Assembly (NCBI GenBank): GCA_018823705.1
Contig: JAHJHP010000031.1
Span: 1,982-65,981, forward strand
Length of the DNA: 64,000 bases
Origin: Candidatus Omnitrophota bacterium
Lineage (GTDB): Bacteria; Omnitrophota; Gorgyraeia; 2-01-FULL-45-10
Direction: 5' to 3'
Both the position numbers and the translations under genes were made by a program. This document shows, piece by piece, positions 55,034-64,000 of the stretch. The notes beneath the pieces were generated by a model, which had not been told where the DNA came from, made no database searches, and worked only from the letters and a program-made list of their open reading frames with translations. Position 1 is the first letter of the stretch, and the number at the start of each line of letters is the position of its first letter.

Positions 55034-56362
55034 ATGAATAAAGAAAAAACATGTCAGCCAAAAGTTTTTGTAAAGACTTTTGGCTGTCAGATGAATATGC
55101 GCGATTCGGAGCATGTGGCGGGGATACTGATCGATAACGGGTTCAGGCTCTCCGGCACCATGGACGATGCCGATGTTATCCTGTTTAACTCCTGCTCCGT
55201 AAGAAAGCACGCTGAGGAGAGGTTATTTGGCAATATAGCCTGTCTTAAAGGCCTGAAGAAGAAGAGGCCCGGGCTTGTCATCGCTCTTATGGGCTGCACC
55301 GCCCAGGCATACGAGGGCAAAGCTATGGACAGATCCTCCCTGATAGATATTGTCTGCGGGCCCGGCAACGAAACAGACCTGCCCCGGCTTATAAAAGACG
55401 TATTGAAGAAGAGGTGCCATATAATAGCGGTCGACAAGTTCAATAAAAAGCGCCCGGAACTTTTTCCCAAATACCGTGAGCATAAATTTAAAGCGCTCGT
55501 TTCGATAAGCGAAGGGTGCGATAACTTCTGCTCATACTGCATCGTGCCTTATCTGCGCGGCAGAGAGCGCTCGCGTCATGCCAGGGACATAATAAGAGAA
55601 GTCAAAGGCCTGGCCGGGCGCGGGTTCAAAGAAGTCCTGCTTCTGGGCCAGAATGTCAATTCCTATAAAGCGGAGTGCGGTAAAGACTTCATAAAACTAC
55701 TCGAAGACGTAAATAAGATAAAAGGGATTGAGCGCATCCGTTTCATGACGAGCCACCCAAAGGACGCCCATAAGGAACTATTCAGGGCCATGCGCGATCT
55801 CGATAAAGTCTGCGAGCATCTTCATCTGCCGCTGCAGTCAGGCTCCGACCGTATCCTGAAGCTTATGAATAGAAGGTATACTTCCGGAAAGTATCTGAAC
55901 TTAGCCGAAGAGTACAAGAGGATAGTCCCCGGGGGCAGTCTCACGACCGATATAATAGCGGGCTTCCCATCCGAAACAGATAGTGATTTTAAAAAGACAT
56001 GCGTTATAATGAAGGATGTCGGCTTTGACAGCTCCTATACGTTTAAATATTCGCCGCGCGAAAGGACAAAGGCTTCGGAGCTGGCGGATGACGTGCCGGA
56101 TGATGTAAAGGCCTCGCGCCTTAAGTCTCTCAGCGAGCTTCAATGCGGTATATCGGAAGAGAGAAACAGACGCCTGACGGATAAAGTGGTCGAGGTGCTG
56201 GTCGAGGGAGTAAGTAAAAAGGATGGAGAGATTCTGACCGGGAGGACCGGGACAAATAAACCGGCTGTATTTAAAGGAAGCCGGTCTCTCGTTGGAAGAT
56301 CAGTGGATGTCGAAATAGAATCTGTAACTGCGTATGCGCTCAGGGGGAGGATAGTAAGATGA
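55034..56362 (+). CDS. miaB: tRNA-2-methylthio-N6-dimethylallyladenosine synthase
   Basis: UPF0004 domain (FGCQMN...FNSCSVR). Radical-SAM CDNFCSYC. TRAM domain. Confidence 0.9.
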   Translation: MNKEKTCQPKVFVKTFGCQMNMRDSEHVAGILIDNGFRLSGTMDDADVILFNSCSVRKHAEERLFGNIACLKGLKKKRPGLVIALMGCTAQAYEGKAMDRSSLIDIVCGPGNETDLPRLIKDVLKKRCHIIAVDKFNKKRPELFPKYREHKFKALVSISEGCDNFCSYCIVPYLRGRERSRHARDIIREVKGLAGRGFKEVLLLGQNVNSYKAECGKDFIKLLEDVNKIKGIERIRFMTSHPKDAHKELFRAMRDLDKVCEHLHLPLQSGSDRILKLMNRRYTSGKYLNLAEEYKRIVPGGSLTTDIIAGFPSETDSDFKKTCVIMKDVGFDSSYTFKYSPRERTKASELADDVPDDVKASRLKSLSELQCGISEERNRRLTDKVVEVLVEGVSKKDGEILTGRTGTNKPAVFKGSRSLVGRSVDVEIESVTAYALRGRIVR

Positions 56363-57198
56363 AAGGGGCGTTATTACCGGCGCTGGTATCGATCATTATT
56401 TTTGCTCAATTATCGCCTGCAGGCGCCGCGGAGTCAGGCTATGCACTCGCCGAAAAGTATTTTCTCGAAGGAAATTATAAGTCGGCCATATCGAAATCCG
56501 ACGAGCTTATAGACTCCGGATCGGGCAGGAAGGATGAGCTCTATTATCTTAAAGGGCTAAGCGAACTGAAGGTCAATAAGTTCAGCGCCGCTAGAGCCAG
56601 TTTTAACTATATAATATCGAACTATTCGTGGTCAAAGAAAGTATTCGACGCGCGCCTTGGCCTGGGTGATTCGTATTTCCTGGAAGGCAATAGCGCAAAA
56701 GCGGCCGGTATCTACGACGATATGATCGAGAGGTATCCAACAAATAAGAATATCGCCATAGTTTACAGCAGGTTGAGCGCCCATTATGCCGGGACGGGCG
56801 CTCGCAATAAGGCGGATTCTTATCACGCCATGGTCAAGTCGAAGGCGCCGCACAGTTTCGAAGCTAAGTCCGCGCCGGTCACAAACCCTAAATCTCAATC
56901 TCAAGGCCCAGCCCCGGCAGGCCGCGCCGCCATCTTTTCCGGCTCCGATGCTAAGAAAGACGGATATTCTGTGCAGGCAGGGTCTTTTAGGAGTAAGAGA
57001 AACGCTGATAGACTGGTAAAAAAACTCGCGGCGCACGGTTATAAAAGTTACGTGGAGATATCCGTATCGGCCGGCGATAAATTTTACAGGGTCAAAGTAG
57101 GAAAACTGGTATCGAAAGAAGAAGCTTCCAGGATAGCTTCGAGACTGGAATCGGACGGTTACCTTGCCAAGATCTGCACTGATACCGCATGCCAGTGA
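56359..57198 (+). CDS. TPR-repeat plus C-terminal SPOR-domain protein
   Basis: Signal peptide. TPR-like helices. SPOR domain (GYSVQAGSFRSKRNADRLVKKLAAHGY...YRVKVGKL). Confidence 0.75.
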   Translation: MKGALLPALVSIIIFAQLSPAGAAESGYALAEKYFLEGNYKSAISKSDELIDSGSGRKDELYYLKGLSELKVNKFSAARASFNYIISNYSWSKKVFDARLGLGDSYFLEGNSAKAAGIYDDMIERYPTNKNIAIVYSRLSAHYAGTGARNKADSYHAMVKSKAPHSFEAKSAPVTNPKSQSQGPAPAGRAAIFSGSDAKKDGYSVQAGSFRSKRNADRLVKKLAAHGYKSYVEISVSAGDKFYRVKVGKLVSKEEASRIASRLESDGYLAKICTDTACQ

Positions 57199-58124
57199 AG
57201 AGAATCCGCGAAAATAAAGTCATATTACTCATAGTCGGGCCCACCGCTATAGGCAAGACCCGCCTCGCCATTACACTAGCCAAAAAGCTCCAGGGCGAAG
57301 TCATATCCTGTGATTCGATGCAGGCCTATAAAGGTATGGATATCTTAAGCCAGGCTCCGTCGAAGGATGAGAAGAAGGCCGCAAAACATCACCTGGTTGG
57401 AATTCTTGACCCAAAGAGAGAATACAGCGCGGCAACCTTCAGGAAAAAGGCCATGCCGGTTATAGCGGCTATCTTAAAGAGGAAGAGAGTGCCAATAGTC
57501 GCAGGAGGCAGCGGCCTATATGTGAGGGCCCTTGTAGACGGCCTCTTTCCGACAACCGCGGCTGATATGAAATTCAGGGAGAGGATGCAGAGATTCGTCT
57601 CGCGTAACGGATCCCAAGAATTACACGACCGGCTTTTGAGGATCGATCCGGGTTCCGCCCGGCTCATCCACCCTAACGATGTCAGGCGTATAATAAGGGC
57701 GCTCGAGATATATGAAACGACCGGTCGCACGATGACGGAGCTGAAGACCGCGACCAGGCCCTTAAAAGACCGTTACGATATCAAAATATTCGGGCTTATC
57801 GCCTCCAGAAAGAAGATATATTCCCGGATAGATTCCCGCGTCGATAAGATGTTTGATTGTGGAGCCGTGAAAGAGGCCGGGAAGCTTGCGAAGAAGAGAA
57901 TATCGAGAACAGCGGAGACTGTTCTTGGTTTCAGAGAGATAAAGAGATATTTGAATGGCGAATATGACCTGGAATACGCAAAAGATCTTGTTAAGATGAA
58001 TACCAGGCGTTTTGCCAAGCGTCAGCTCACGTGGTTTCGTTCGGATGGCAGGATAAAGTGGTTTGACATTACCAGGAATAAAGAGGCAAAGATCGTGAGA
58101 CGCATAATAAAAGAGGTCCGTTAG
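57189..58124 (+). CDS. miaA: tRNA dimethylallyltransferase
   Basis: P-loop GPTAIGKT. DSMQAYKGMDI. Confidence 0.9.
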   Translation: MPVKRIRENKVILLIVGPTAIGKTRLAITLAKKLQGEVISCDSMQAYKGMDILSQAPSKDEKKAAKHHLVGILDPKREYSAATFRKKAMPVIAAILKRKRVPIVAGGSGLYVRALVDGLFPTTAADMKFRERMQRFVSRNGSQELHDRLLRIDPGSARLIHPNDVRRIIRALEIYETTGRTMTELKTATRPLKDRYDIKIFGLIASRKKIYSRIDSRVDKMFDCGAVKEAGKLAKKRISRTAETVLGFREIKRYLNGEYDLEYAKDLVKMNTRRFAKRQLTWFRSDGRIKWFDITRNKEAKIVRRIIKEVR

Positions 58125-58125
58125 C

Positions 58126-59373
58126 ATGGAGCGGGCTATGATCGTAACGGTAGATTTCGGCAAGAGGGAATCATGGACGGCCGAGGAACGATCGGCCGAG
58201 CTCGCTGAGCTCGCGGAGTCGGCTTTTGCCAAAGTGGTACGCCGGGAGATAGTGCACAGGCATGAACCGTCGAGCGCGTCTTTTATAGGCAGCGGTAAAG
58301 CCGGGGAACTGGCCGCGATAGCCTTAAGCGAGAAGATAGACGTCGTGATATTTAATAACGACCTGACCGCTTCCCAGCAGAAGAATCTCGAGGATATAAT
58401 AAACACGAAGACGATCGACAGGACGCAGCTCATCCTGGACATATTCGCGCGGCGTGCCCATTCTAACGAGGGTAAACTACAGGTAGAGCTTGCGCAGCTC
58501 AAGTATATTCTGCCGCGGCTGATGGACCAGGGGCTCAGTATGTCGAGGCCCGGAGGAGGAATCGGGACGAGTGGCCCCGGAGAACAGAAGCTAGAAACGG
58601 ATCGCCGCACGATAAAAGCGAGAGTCTCCAAGCTTACAAAGGACCTTGCCGCGCTTGGCAGGAGGCGAGATATGATGCGGACCAACCGTTCGCGCCATTC
58701 GCTCCCGACCATAGCGATCGTGGGTTATACCAACGCCGGGAAGTCTACTCTGATTAACGCTCTTACAGGTTCCGATGTCGTAGTCAGGAATAAGCTCTTT
58801 GCCACACTCGATCCCACCGTAAGGAAACTCGTGATGCCCAATAACCAGAAGGTGCTCTTCATCGATACGGTCGGCTTTATAAAAGAGCTTCCGCACCATC
58901 TGGTCGAAGCGTTTAAGGCGACGCTCGAAGAAGTGACCGAGGCGGATTTTCTCCTGCATATTGTCGATGCAAGCCATCCTAAAGCCATGGAACAGGCGGA
59001 AGCGGTATATGAAGTATTGAAGGAGATAGGAGCGATAGATAAGCCTACGATCACCGCTCTCAATAAGACCGATAAAGCCGAAGGTAGAGCTGCGGCGGAG
59101 AGCCTTAAGGGCCGGTTCAGCGACCCGGTGGCGATATCCGCCATTAAGAAGGATGGACTTGACCGTCTTATATCGAGGATCCTCCATTATATAAAAGACT
59201 CTACCGTAGTCATCAATATAAGCATCCCGGCCGGTGATGTAAAGACGCTTAACCTTATCCATGAGAACGGCTTCATCAGGGATCAGAAATACCGGGGCGA
59301 GGAGCTCCTGATCGAGGCAGAAGTCCCCATCCGCCTCAAAGAGATGCTGGGCAGGAGATTTTGCGGAAAATAA
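58126..59373 (+). CDS. hflX: GTPase HflX
   Basis: HflX N-terminal domain plus G-domain (GYTNAGKSTLINALTG, DTVGF, NKTD). Confidence 0.9.
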   Translation: MERAMIVTVDFGKRESWTAEERSAELAELAESAFAKVVRREIVHRHEPSSASFIGSGKAGELAAIALSEKIDVVIFNNDLTASQQKNLEDIINTKTIDRTQLILDIFARRAHSNEGKLQVELAQLKYILPRLMDQGLSMSRPGGGIGTSGPGEQKLETDRRTIKARVSKLTKDLAALGRRRDMMRTNRSRHSLPTIAIVGYTNAGKSTLINALTGSDVVVRNKLFATLDPTVRKLVMPNNQKVLFIDTVGFIKELPHHLVEAFKATLEEVTEADFLLHIVDASHPKAMEQAEAVYEVLKEIGAIDKPTITALNKTDKAEGRAAAESLKGRFSDPVAISAIKKDGLDRLISRILHYIKDSTVVINISIPAGDVKTLNLIHENGFIRDQKYRGEELLIEAEVPIRLKEMLGRRFCGK

Positions 59374-59375
59374 TC

Positions 59376-59409
59376 TTGACATTTAGCACTCATTGATGTA
59401 GAGTGCTAA
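59376..59409 (+). promoter_or_regulatory. heat-shock promoter with CIRCE operator (TTAGCACTC-N9-GAGTGCTAA)
   Basis: cttgacatTTAGCACTCattgatgtaGAGTGCTAAtac. The -35 TTGACA overlaps the CIRCE left arm. Located 20 nt upstream of the hrcA start. Confidence 0.9.
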
Positions 59410-59428
59410 TACAAGGAAGAAAGCAAAG

Positions 59429-60169
59429 ATGATCAAAGAATTGAACGGAAGACAGCAGGGGGTGCTTGAGATTATAGTGCGCCGCTACGTCGAGACGGCG
59501 GAACCTGTGGGGTCACGCTATATCTCGCGAAAACTGAACCTGTCGAGCGCCACGATACGCAACGTGATGGCCGACCTTGAGGATTTGGGATACATAATGC
59601 AGCCGCATACTTCAGCCGGCCGCTCGCCTACGGATAAGGGGTACCGCTACTACATCGAGAGTCTCATGCATTTAAAGAATGTCAATATGCTGGAGGCGAA
59701 ACGCTCCGTAAAAGACCAGTATGGCGAAGCGGTGCGTTCCATTGAAGATGTCCTGGAGCGCACGTCATACATGATATCGAACGTGACAAATTACGTCGGA
59801 TTGACACTCTTTTCGCAATACGATAAGTTGTATCTTGACGGCACAAGCCATATAATAGAGCAGCCGGAATTCCGCGACCTGAGAAAGCTCTACGCATTGC
59901 TGAAGTGCCTTGAGCATAAGAGCGAACTGCTGGACCTCCTGAAGAATGATTTCGAGACAGAGGGCGTAACCATACACATAGGTAAGGAGAATTTTTCGAA
60001 CTCATTGAACGACTGCAGTATTGTGACTAAGGGCTACAAAGTGAAAGGCAAGACATCCGGAAGGCTTGGCGTTATCGGTCCGAAGAGGATGGTATACGAA
60101 AAGGTCATCCCTATGGTAGAATTCCTGGCGGATACGGTGACCGGCATATTCGATGAAATGGAGACATAA
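59429..60169 (+). CDS. hrcA: heat-inducible transcription repressor HrcA (short form)
   Basis: N-terminal wHTH (RQQGVLEIIVRRYVETAEPVGSRYISRKLNLSSATIRNVMADLEDLGYI). Confidence 0.9.
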   Translation: MIKELNGRQQGVLEIIVRRYVETAEPVGSRYISRKLNLSSATIRNVMADLEDLGYIMQPHTSAGRSPTDKGYRYYIESLMHLKNVNMLEAKRSVKDQYGEAVRSIEDVLERTSYMISNVTNYVGLTLFSQYDKLYLDGTSHIIEQPEFRDLRKLYALLKCLEHKSELLDLLKNDFETEGVTIHIGKENFSNSLNDCSIVTKGYKVKGKTSGRLGVIGPKRMVYEKVIPMVEFLADTVTGIFDEMET

Positions 60170-60174
60170 GATAA

Positions 60175-60747
60175 GTGGCACATAATAAGAACGCCCATAA
60201 AGATAAGAATGATAAAGACCCGGCGAGCGTAAGCCCGGCCGCCCAACCGGCGCCCGAAGAGAATCTTGTCACTATCGCGAAAGAGGAATACGAAGCGTTA
60301 AAGGCCAAAGCTGAAGAGCGGGACGCTTTCAGCGATAAGTACGTCCGAGCCCATGCTGAATTTGAGAATATAAGGAAACGCCTGGAGAAAGAGAAGGCCG
60401 ATTTCATAAAATACGCGAACGAAAGCCTGATCTTCGACCTCCTTCCGATAATAGATAATCTGGAGATTGCCGAAAAACATATCAAGGAGGCAAAGGATTT
60501 TAAGGCGGTGCAGGATGGAGTGGATATGATCCAGCTCCAGATACAGGGTTTTTTGAAGGATATCGGGCTGGAACGGATTAAGACGATCGGTGAGAAGTTC
60601 GATCCTCACATGCATGAACCGATCGAGACCGTCGAGGCCCATGACAGAGAAGAAGGTACGATCACCGACGAATTAAAGCCGGGGTATAAGCTTAACGGTA
60701 AGCTTATGAGGCCCGCATCGGTGAAGATCGTAAAAAATAGCACATAG
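60175..60747 (+). CDS. grpE: nucleotide exchange factor GrpE
   Basis: Coiled-coil N-terminus plus GrpE C-terminal domain (FDPHMHEP...[14 protein letters not shown]). Confidence 0.9.
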   Translation: MAHNKNAHKDKNDKDPASVSPAAQPAPEENLVTIAKEEYEALKAKAEERDAFSDKYVRAHAEFENIRKRLEKEKADFIKYANESLIFDLLPIIDNLEIAEKHIKEAKDFKAVQDGVDMIQLQIQGFLKDIGLERIKTIGEKFDPHMHEPIETVEAHDREEGTITDELKPGYKLNGKLMRPASVKIVKNST

Positions 60748-60757
60748 GAGGTGTAAT

Positions 60758-62701
60758 ATGTCAAAAGTCATAGGAATAGATCTCGGTACTTCAAATTCGG
60801 CGGCAGCATACATGGAGGCGGGCCGTCCGGTGATAATACCGTCAGCCGAAGGCGCCGGAGTGGCCAGCGGAAAGGCGTTCCCGTCGTTTGTAGCTTTCAC
60901 CAAGGACGGCCAGAAGTTGGTCGGTGAGCCGGCAAAGAGGCAGGCTTCGATCAACCCTGAAGGCACGATATTCGGCGCCAAGCGCAAGATGGGCACAGAC
61001 TTCAAGTATAAGGTATATGGAAAAGAGTATACTCCTCAACAGGTATCTTCATTCCTTCTGCAGAAGATAAAGCAGGATGCCGAGGCTTATCTTGGCGACA
61101 CTGTGAATGAAGTGGTCATCACGTGTCCGGCGTATTTCAATGATAACCAGCGCCAGGCGACCAAAGATGCCGGAGAGATCGCAGGATTAAAAGTATTAAG
61201 GATAATCAACGAGCCGACCGCGGCATGCCTGGCGTACGGCCTCGACAAGGCAGGAAAAGAGCAGAAGATAATGGTGTTCGATCTCGGCGGCGGCACGCTG
61301 GACGTAACCGTGCTCGAAATGGGATGGGACGATGAGCATAAGGCGGCGACGTTTGAAGTAATGTCGACATCCGGTGACACACAGCTCGGCGGTACCGATA
61401 TGGATAATACGCTCGTTGACTATATAGTGAAAGAGTTCAAGAGGGAGACGGGAATTGACCTCAAGAACGACAAGATGGCGGTTCAGCGCGTAAGGGAAGC
61501 TGCCGAAAAGGCCAAGGTCGAGCTGTCGAGCACCCTGTCGACCGATCTCAATCTGCCGTTCATCACAGCAGACCAGACGGGCCCGAAACATCTTACGATG
61601 ACACTGAACAGGGCCAAGGTCGAGGAGCTCGTTCAACCCATCATAGATCGCTGTAAGCATCCGATAGAGCAGGCGTTGTCGGACGCTAAAGTCACAGCTA
61701 AAGATATAAGCAAGGTTATACTTGTGGGCGGCCCCACAAGAATGCCGATAGTCCAGAAGTTTGTCGAAGATTATGTGGGTAAGAAGATCGAGCGCGGGGT
61801 CGATCCTATGGAGTGCGTGGCATTAGGCGCCGCGATCCAGGCGTCGATCATGAAGGGCGATACGAAAGATGTGCTGCTTCTGGACGTCACGCCGCTTTCA
61901 CTTGGGCTTGAGACGCTCGGAGGCGTGAATACAAAGCTCATAGAGCGCAATACGACAGTTCCGACCAGGAAGAGCCAGATATTCTCTACTGCCGCGGATA
62001 ACCAGACAGCGGTCACTATACGTGTTATCCAGGGCGAGCGTCAGCTGGCTGAAGGCGAAGGCAATGTGGAGCTCGGCAGGTTTGACCTGATAGGCATACC
62101 GCCGGCGCCGCGAGGAATTCCCCAGATAGAAGTCGGATTCGATATCGATGCCAACGGCATCGTGCACGTCTCGGCCAAGGACCTTGGCACAGGTAAGGAA
62201 CAGTCGATAAAGATCACTGCTCCCAAAAAACTGTCCAAGGAAGAGATCGATAAGATGATCAAGGACGCCGAGAAGTATGCCTCCGAGGATGCTAAGAAGA
62301 AGGAAGAGGTCGAGCTTGTCAACCAGGCGGATTCTCTGGCGTATTCGACTGAGAAGTCATTGAAAGAGTTCGGCGATAAAGTGAGCCAGTCAGACAGGGC
62401 AGATATAGAGTCGCGTCTTAATGAACTTAAGCAGGCTATAAAAGAGAAGAACCTGCCGAGCATCAAGCGCGGCATGGAAGATCTTACGAAGGCCGCTCAT
62501 AAACTGGCTGAAGAGGTATATAAGAAGACTGCGGGTGCCGGTAAGGGCCCGGGTGCACAACCGGGTGGACCCGGCGCCGGAGAGCCCCAGCAAGGCGCTC
62601 CCGAGCCCGGACAGGAAGCCCCGGGCCCCAAACAGGGCGAAGAGATCATAGACGCTGAATATACAGCCGAGAACGAGGACGATAAGAAGAAAAAGAAATA
62701 A
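60758..62701 (+). CDS. dnaK: molecular chaperone DnaK (Hsp70)
   Basis: [18 protein letters not shown], and other Hsp70 signatures. 647 aa. Confidence 0.95.
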   Translation: MSKVIGIDLGTSNSAAAYMEAGRPVIIPSAEGAGVASGKAFPSFVAFTKDGQKLVGEPAKRQASINPEGTIFGAKRKMGTDFKYKVYGKEYTPQQVSSFLLQKIKQDAEAYLGDTVNEVVITCPAYFNDNQRQATKDAGEIAGLKVLRIINEPTAACLAYGLDKAGKEQKIMVFDLGGGTLDVTVLEMGWDDEHKAATFEVMSTSGDTQLGGTDMDNTLVDYIVKEFKRETGIDLKNDKMAVQRVREAAEKAKVELSSTLSTDLNLPFITADQTGPKHLTMTLNRAKVEELVQPIIDRCKHPIEQALSDAKVTAKDISKVILVGGPTRMPIVQKFVEDYVGKKIERGVDPMECVALGAAIQASIMKGDTKDVLLLDVTPLSLGLETLGGVNTKLIERNTTVPTRKSQIFSTAADNQTAVTIRVIQGERQLAEGEGNVELGRFDLIGIPPAPRGIPQIEVGFDIDANGIVHVSAKDLGTGKEQSIKITAPKKLSKEEIDKMIKDAEKYASEDAKKKEEVELVNQADSLAYSTEKSLKEFGDKVSQSDRADIESRLNELKQAIKEKNLPSIKRGMEDLTKAAHKLAEEVYKKTAGAGKGPGAQPGGPGAGEPQQGAPEPGQEAPGPKQGEEIIDAEYTAENEDDKKKKK

Positions 62702-63855
62702 TGGCAAAACGCGATTACTACGAAGTCCTCGGCTTAAGCAAGACGGCTAATGCGGACGATATAAAAAAAGCGTACAGAAACCTTGCGCTCAAATACCATC
62801 CGGATAGGGTAACTCCCGATAAGAAGAAAGAGGCCGAGGAGAAGTTCAAAGAGATGTCCGAGGCCTACGAGGTCCTCGTAGATAAGGAGAAGCGCGCCGG
62901 TTACGACCAGTACGGCCACGCAGGCGTTGAGGGCTCGTTCAAGCAGGGCGGCTTCCAGTGGCAGGACTTCCATCACTACGACGACCTTAAGGATATCTTC
63001 GGCGGCGCCGACGTAAGCGACCTCCTGAGAGGATTCGGTTTCGGCGGCGATAGCTTCGGATCTTCCCGTGGGTCGCGCTCAAGCCGCGGATCGGATCTCG
63101 AATACCAGCTTGAGATATCATTTGATGAGGCCGCTTTCGGCGGTGAAGAGACGATCACCATACCGCGTTATGAGACGTGTGAGGAATGCCGCGGCACGGG
63201 CGCCAAGCCCGGCTCCAAGAAAGAGCGATGCGCCGATTGCGGCGGCAAAGGGCAGGTCAGATCCTCGAACGGATTCTTCAATGTCGTGCAGGCCTGCCGG
63301 AGGTGCGGAGGCGAAGGGTCGATAATAAAGACTCCGTGTCCGTTATGCGGCGGCAGAGGGCGTGTAAAGACAAAGCGTAATATAAAGGTAAAGATCCCTG
63401 CCGGCGTGGATTCCGGGTCGAGATTGAGGATCCACGGGGAAGGAGAGGCGGGGGAAAGAGGCGGCCAGCGGGGAGACCTGTACATATTGATCTACGTGAA
63501 GGTTCACGAGATATTCGAGCGCCACGAAGCCGATATATATTGCGAGGTACCGATAGCGTATGCCACGGCGGTCTTTGGCGGTGAAATAGAGGTGCCTACT
63601 ATCGAGGGCAAGATAATGATGAAGATCCCGCCCGGCACTCAGGCCGGCCGGCAGTTCAGGCTGAGGAATAAAGGGATCGCCCATCTTCACGATTATAGTA
63701 GGGGCGACCAGATAGTGAAGATACAGATAGATATTCCCGAGGACCTTAATCAGGACGAGAAGAGGGCGCTAAAGGAGTATGCCAGGGTGTCGGCCGGAGA
63801 CAAGGGGCCGCTGGCAAAGAGATTCGTAGAGAAGATGAAGAGGATACTCAAGTAG
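62701..63855 (+). CDS. dnaJ: molecular chaperone DnaJ
   Basis: J-domain HPD (KYHPDRV). G/F region. Four CxxCxGxG zinc-finger repeats. Confidence 0.95.
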   Translation: MAKRDYYEVLGLSKTANADDIKKAYRNLALKYHPDRVTPDKKKEAEEKFKEMSEAYEVLVDKEKRAGYDQYGHAGVEGSFKQGGFQWQDFHHYDDLKDIFGGADVSDLLRGFGFGGDSFGSSRGSRSSRGSDLEYQLEISFDEAAFGGEETITIPRYETCEECRGTGAKPGSKKERCADCGGKGQVRSSNGFFNVVQACRRCGGEGSIIKTPCPLCGGRGRVKTKRNIKVKIPAGVDSGSRLRIHGEGEAGERGGQRGDLYILIYVKVHEIFERHEADIYCEVPIAYATAVFGGEIEVPTIEGKIMMKIPPGTQAGRQFRLRNKGIAHLHDYSRGDQIVKIQIDIPEDLNQDEKRALKEYARVSAGDKGPLAKRFVEKMKRILK

Positions 63856-63856
63856 A

Positions 63857-64000
63857 TGCCAACGTACGATTATCAATGCGATAAATGCGGCAACCATTTT
63901 GAAAAGTTCGAGAAGATGACGGATAAACCGCATGGGAAATGCCCCAAGTGCGGCGGGAAGACCCACCGTCTTATTGGCGGCGGTAGCGGTGTGATATTTA
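63857..64000 (+). CDS. FmdB-family zinc-ribbon protein (3' partial; runs off window)
   Basis: MPTYDYQCDKCGNHFEKFEKMTDKPHGKCPKCGG, a CxxC...CxxC zinc ribbon. Confidence 0.7.

Noticed and set aside
57762-59382. Two long minus-strand ORFs (316 aa and 263 aa) antisense to miaA and hflX
   Set aside because: Antisense to genes with strong, full-length family signatures. Low-complexity R/S/L-rich translations. Shadow ORFs.

Overview
This 64-kb window reads as a chromosomal segment of a moderately GC-rich (~50%) bacterium, probably an anaerobe from a poorly cultured lineage. Evidence for that guess: GH57 glycogen enzymes, a eukaryote-type hexokinase, Thi4-type thiazole synthase, GTP-dependent PEP carboxykinase, DhnA-type aldolase, and a small siroheme sulfite reductase. 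Gene content is mostly housekeeping or metabolic, and nearly every gene (about 70 CDS) sits on the + strand. Contents in order:
- carB 3' part; two convergent FecR-domain proteins
- a Lys/Ala/Glu repeat protein
- gluconeogenic genes (pckG, class I FBA)
- an AsnC-aminotransferase pair and peptidoglycan-binding lipoproteins
- a GT2 plus DUF4912 plus two GH57 glycogen cluster
- MarC; ExbBD; KtrA-KtrA-TrkH
- a candidate Mg2+ homeostasis locus: MgtE-N/CBS sensor domain protein, non-canonical NRAMP, DUF502, CNNM/CorC
- rluA, a PurF-like gene, greA, hexokinase
- two histidine kinase / response regulator pairs interleaved with DUF2934 mini-proteins; a GDT1/UPF0016 transporter
- a TPP riboswitch upstream of thi4
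- a long Rrf2-led sulfate assimilation / siroheme / heme cluster (cysH, PiT-type permease, cysK, sirC, hemA, hemC, cobA, hemB, hemL, small siroheme sulfite reductase), followed by feoAB
- a DUF134 / DUF318 permease / thioredoxin-like / CcdA redox cluster
- a small AT-richer island (CE4-like, opine-synthase-like, TamB-like)
- miaB, SPOR protein, miaA, hflX, and a CIRCE-controlled hrcA-grpE-dnaK-dnaJ operon
- a partial FmdB zinc-ribbon gene at the 3' end
No rRNA or tRNA genes, CRISPR arrays, transposases or integrases were found. The non-coding landscape is unusual. Several families of short palindromic, MITE-like repeats (perfect 30-bp terminal inverted repeats in one copy) sit in intergenic regions. 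Some are nested or mosaic, and one 52-54-nt unit sits in 5' leaders directly abutting the ribosome-binding site. The observations I most want checked are:
(1) an NRAMP-family protein lacking the canonical DPGN/MPH metal-site residues, flanked by MgtE-N/CBS and CorC modules;
(2) the repeat families;
(3) a HemC missing its cofactor-binding third domain inside an otherwise complete siroheme/sulfur operon;
(4) a PurF homolog whose N-terminal nucleophile Cys is replaced by Ser.
Coordinates of non-coding features are hand-counted and may be off by 1-2 nt.
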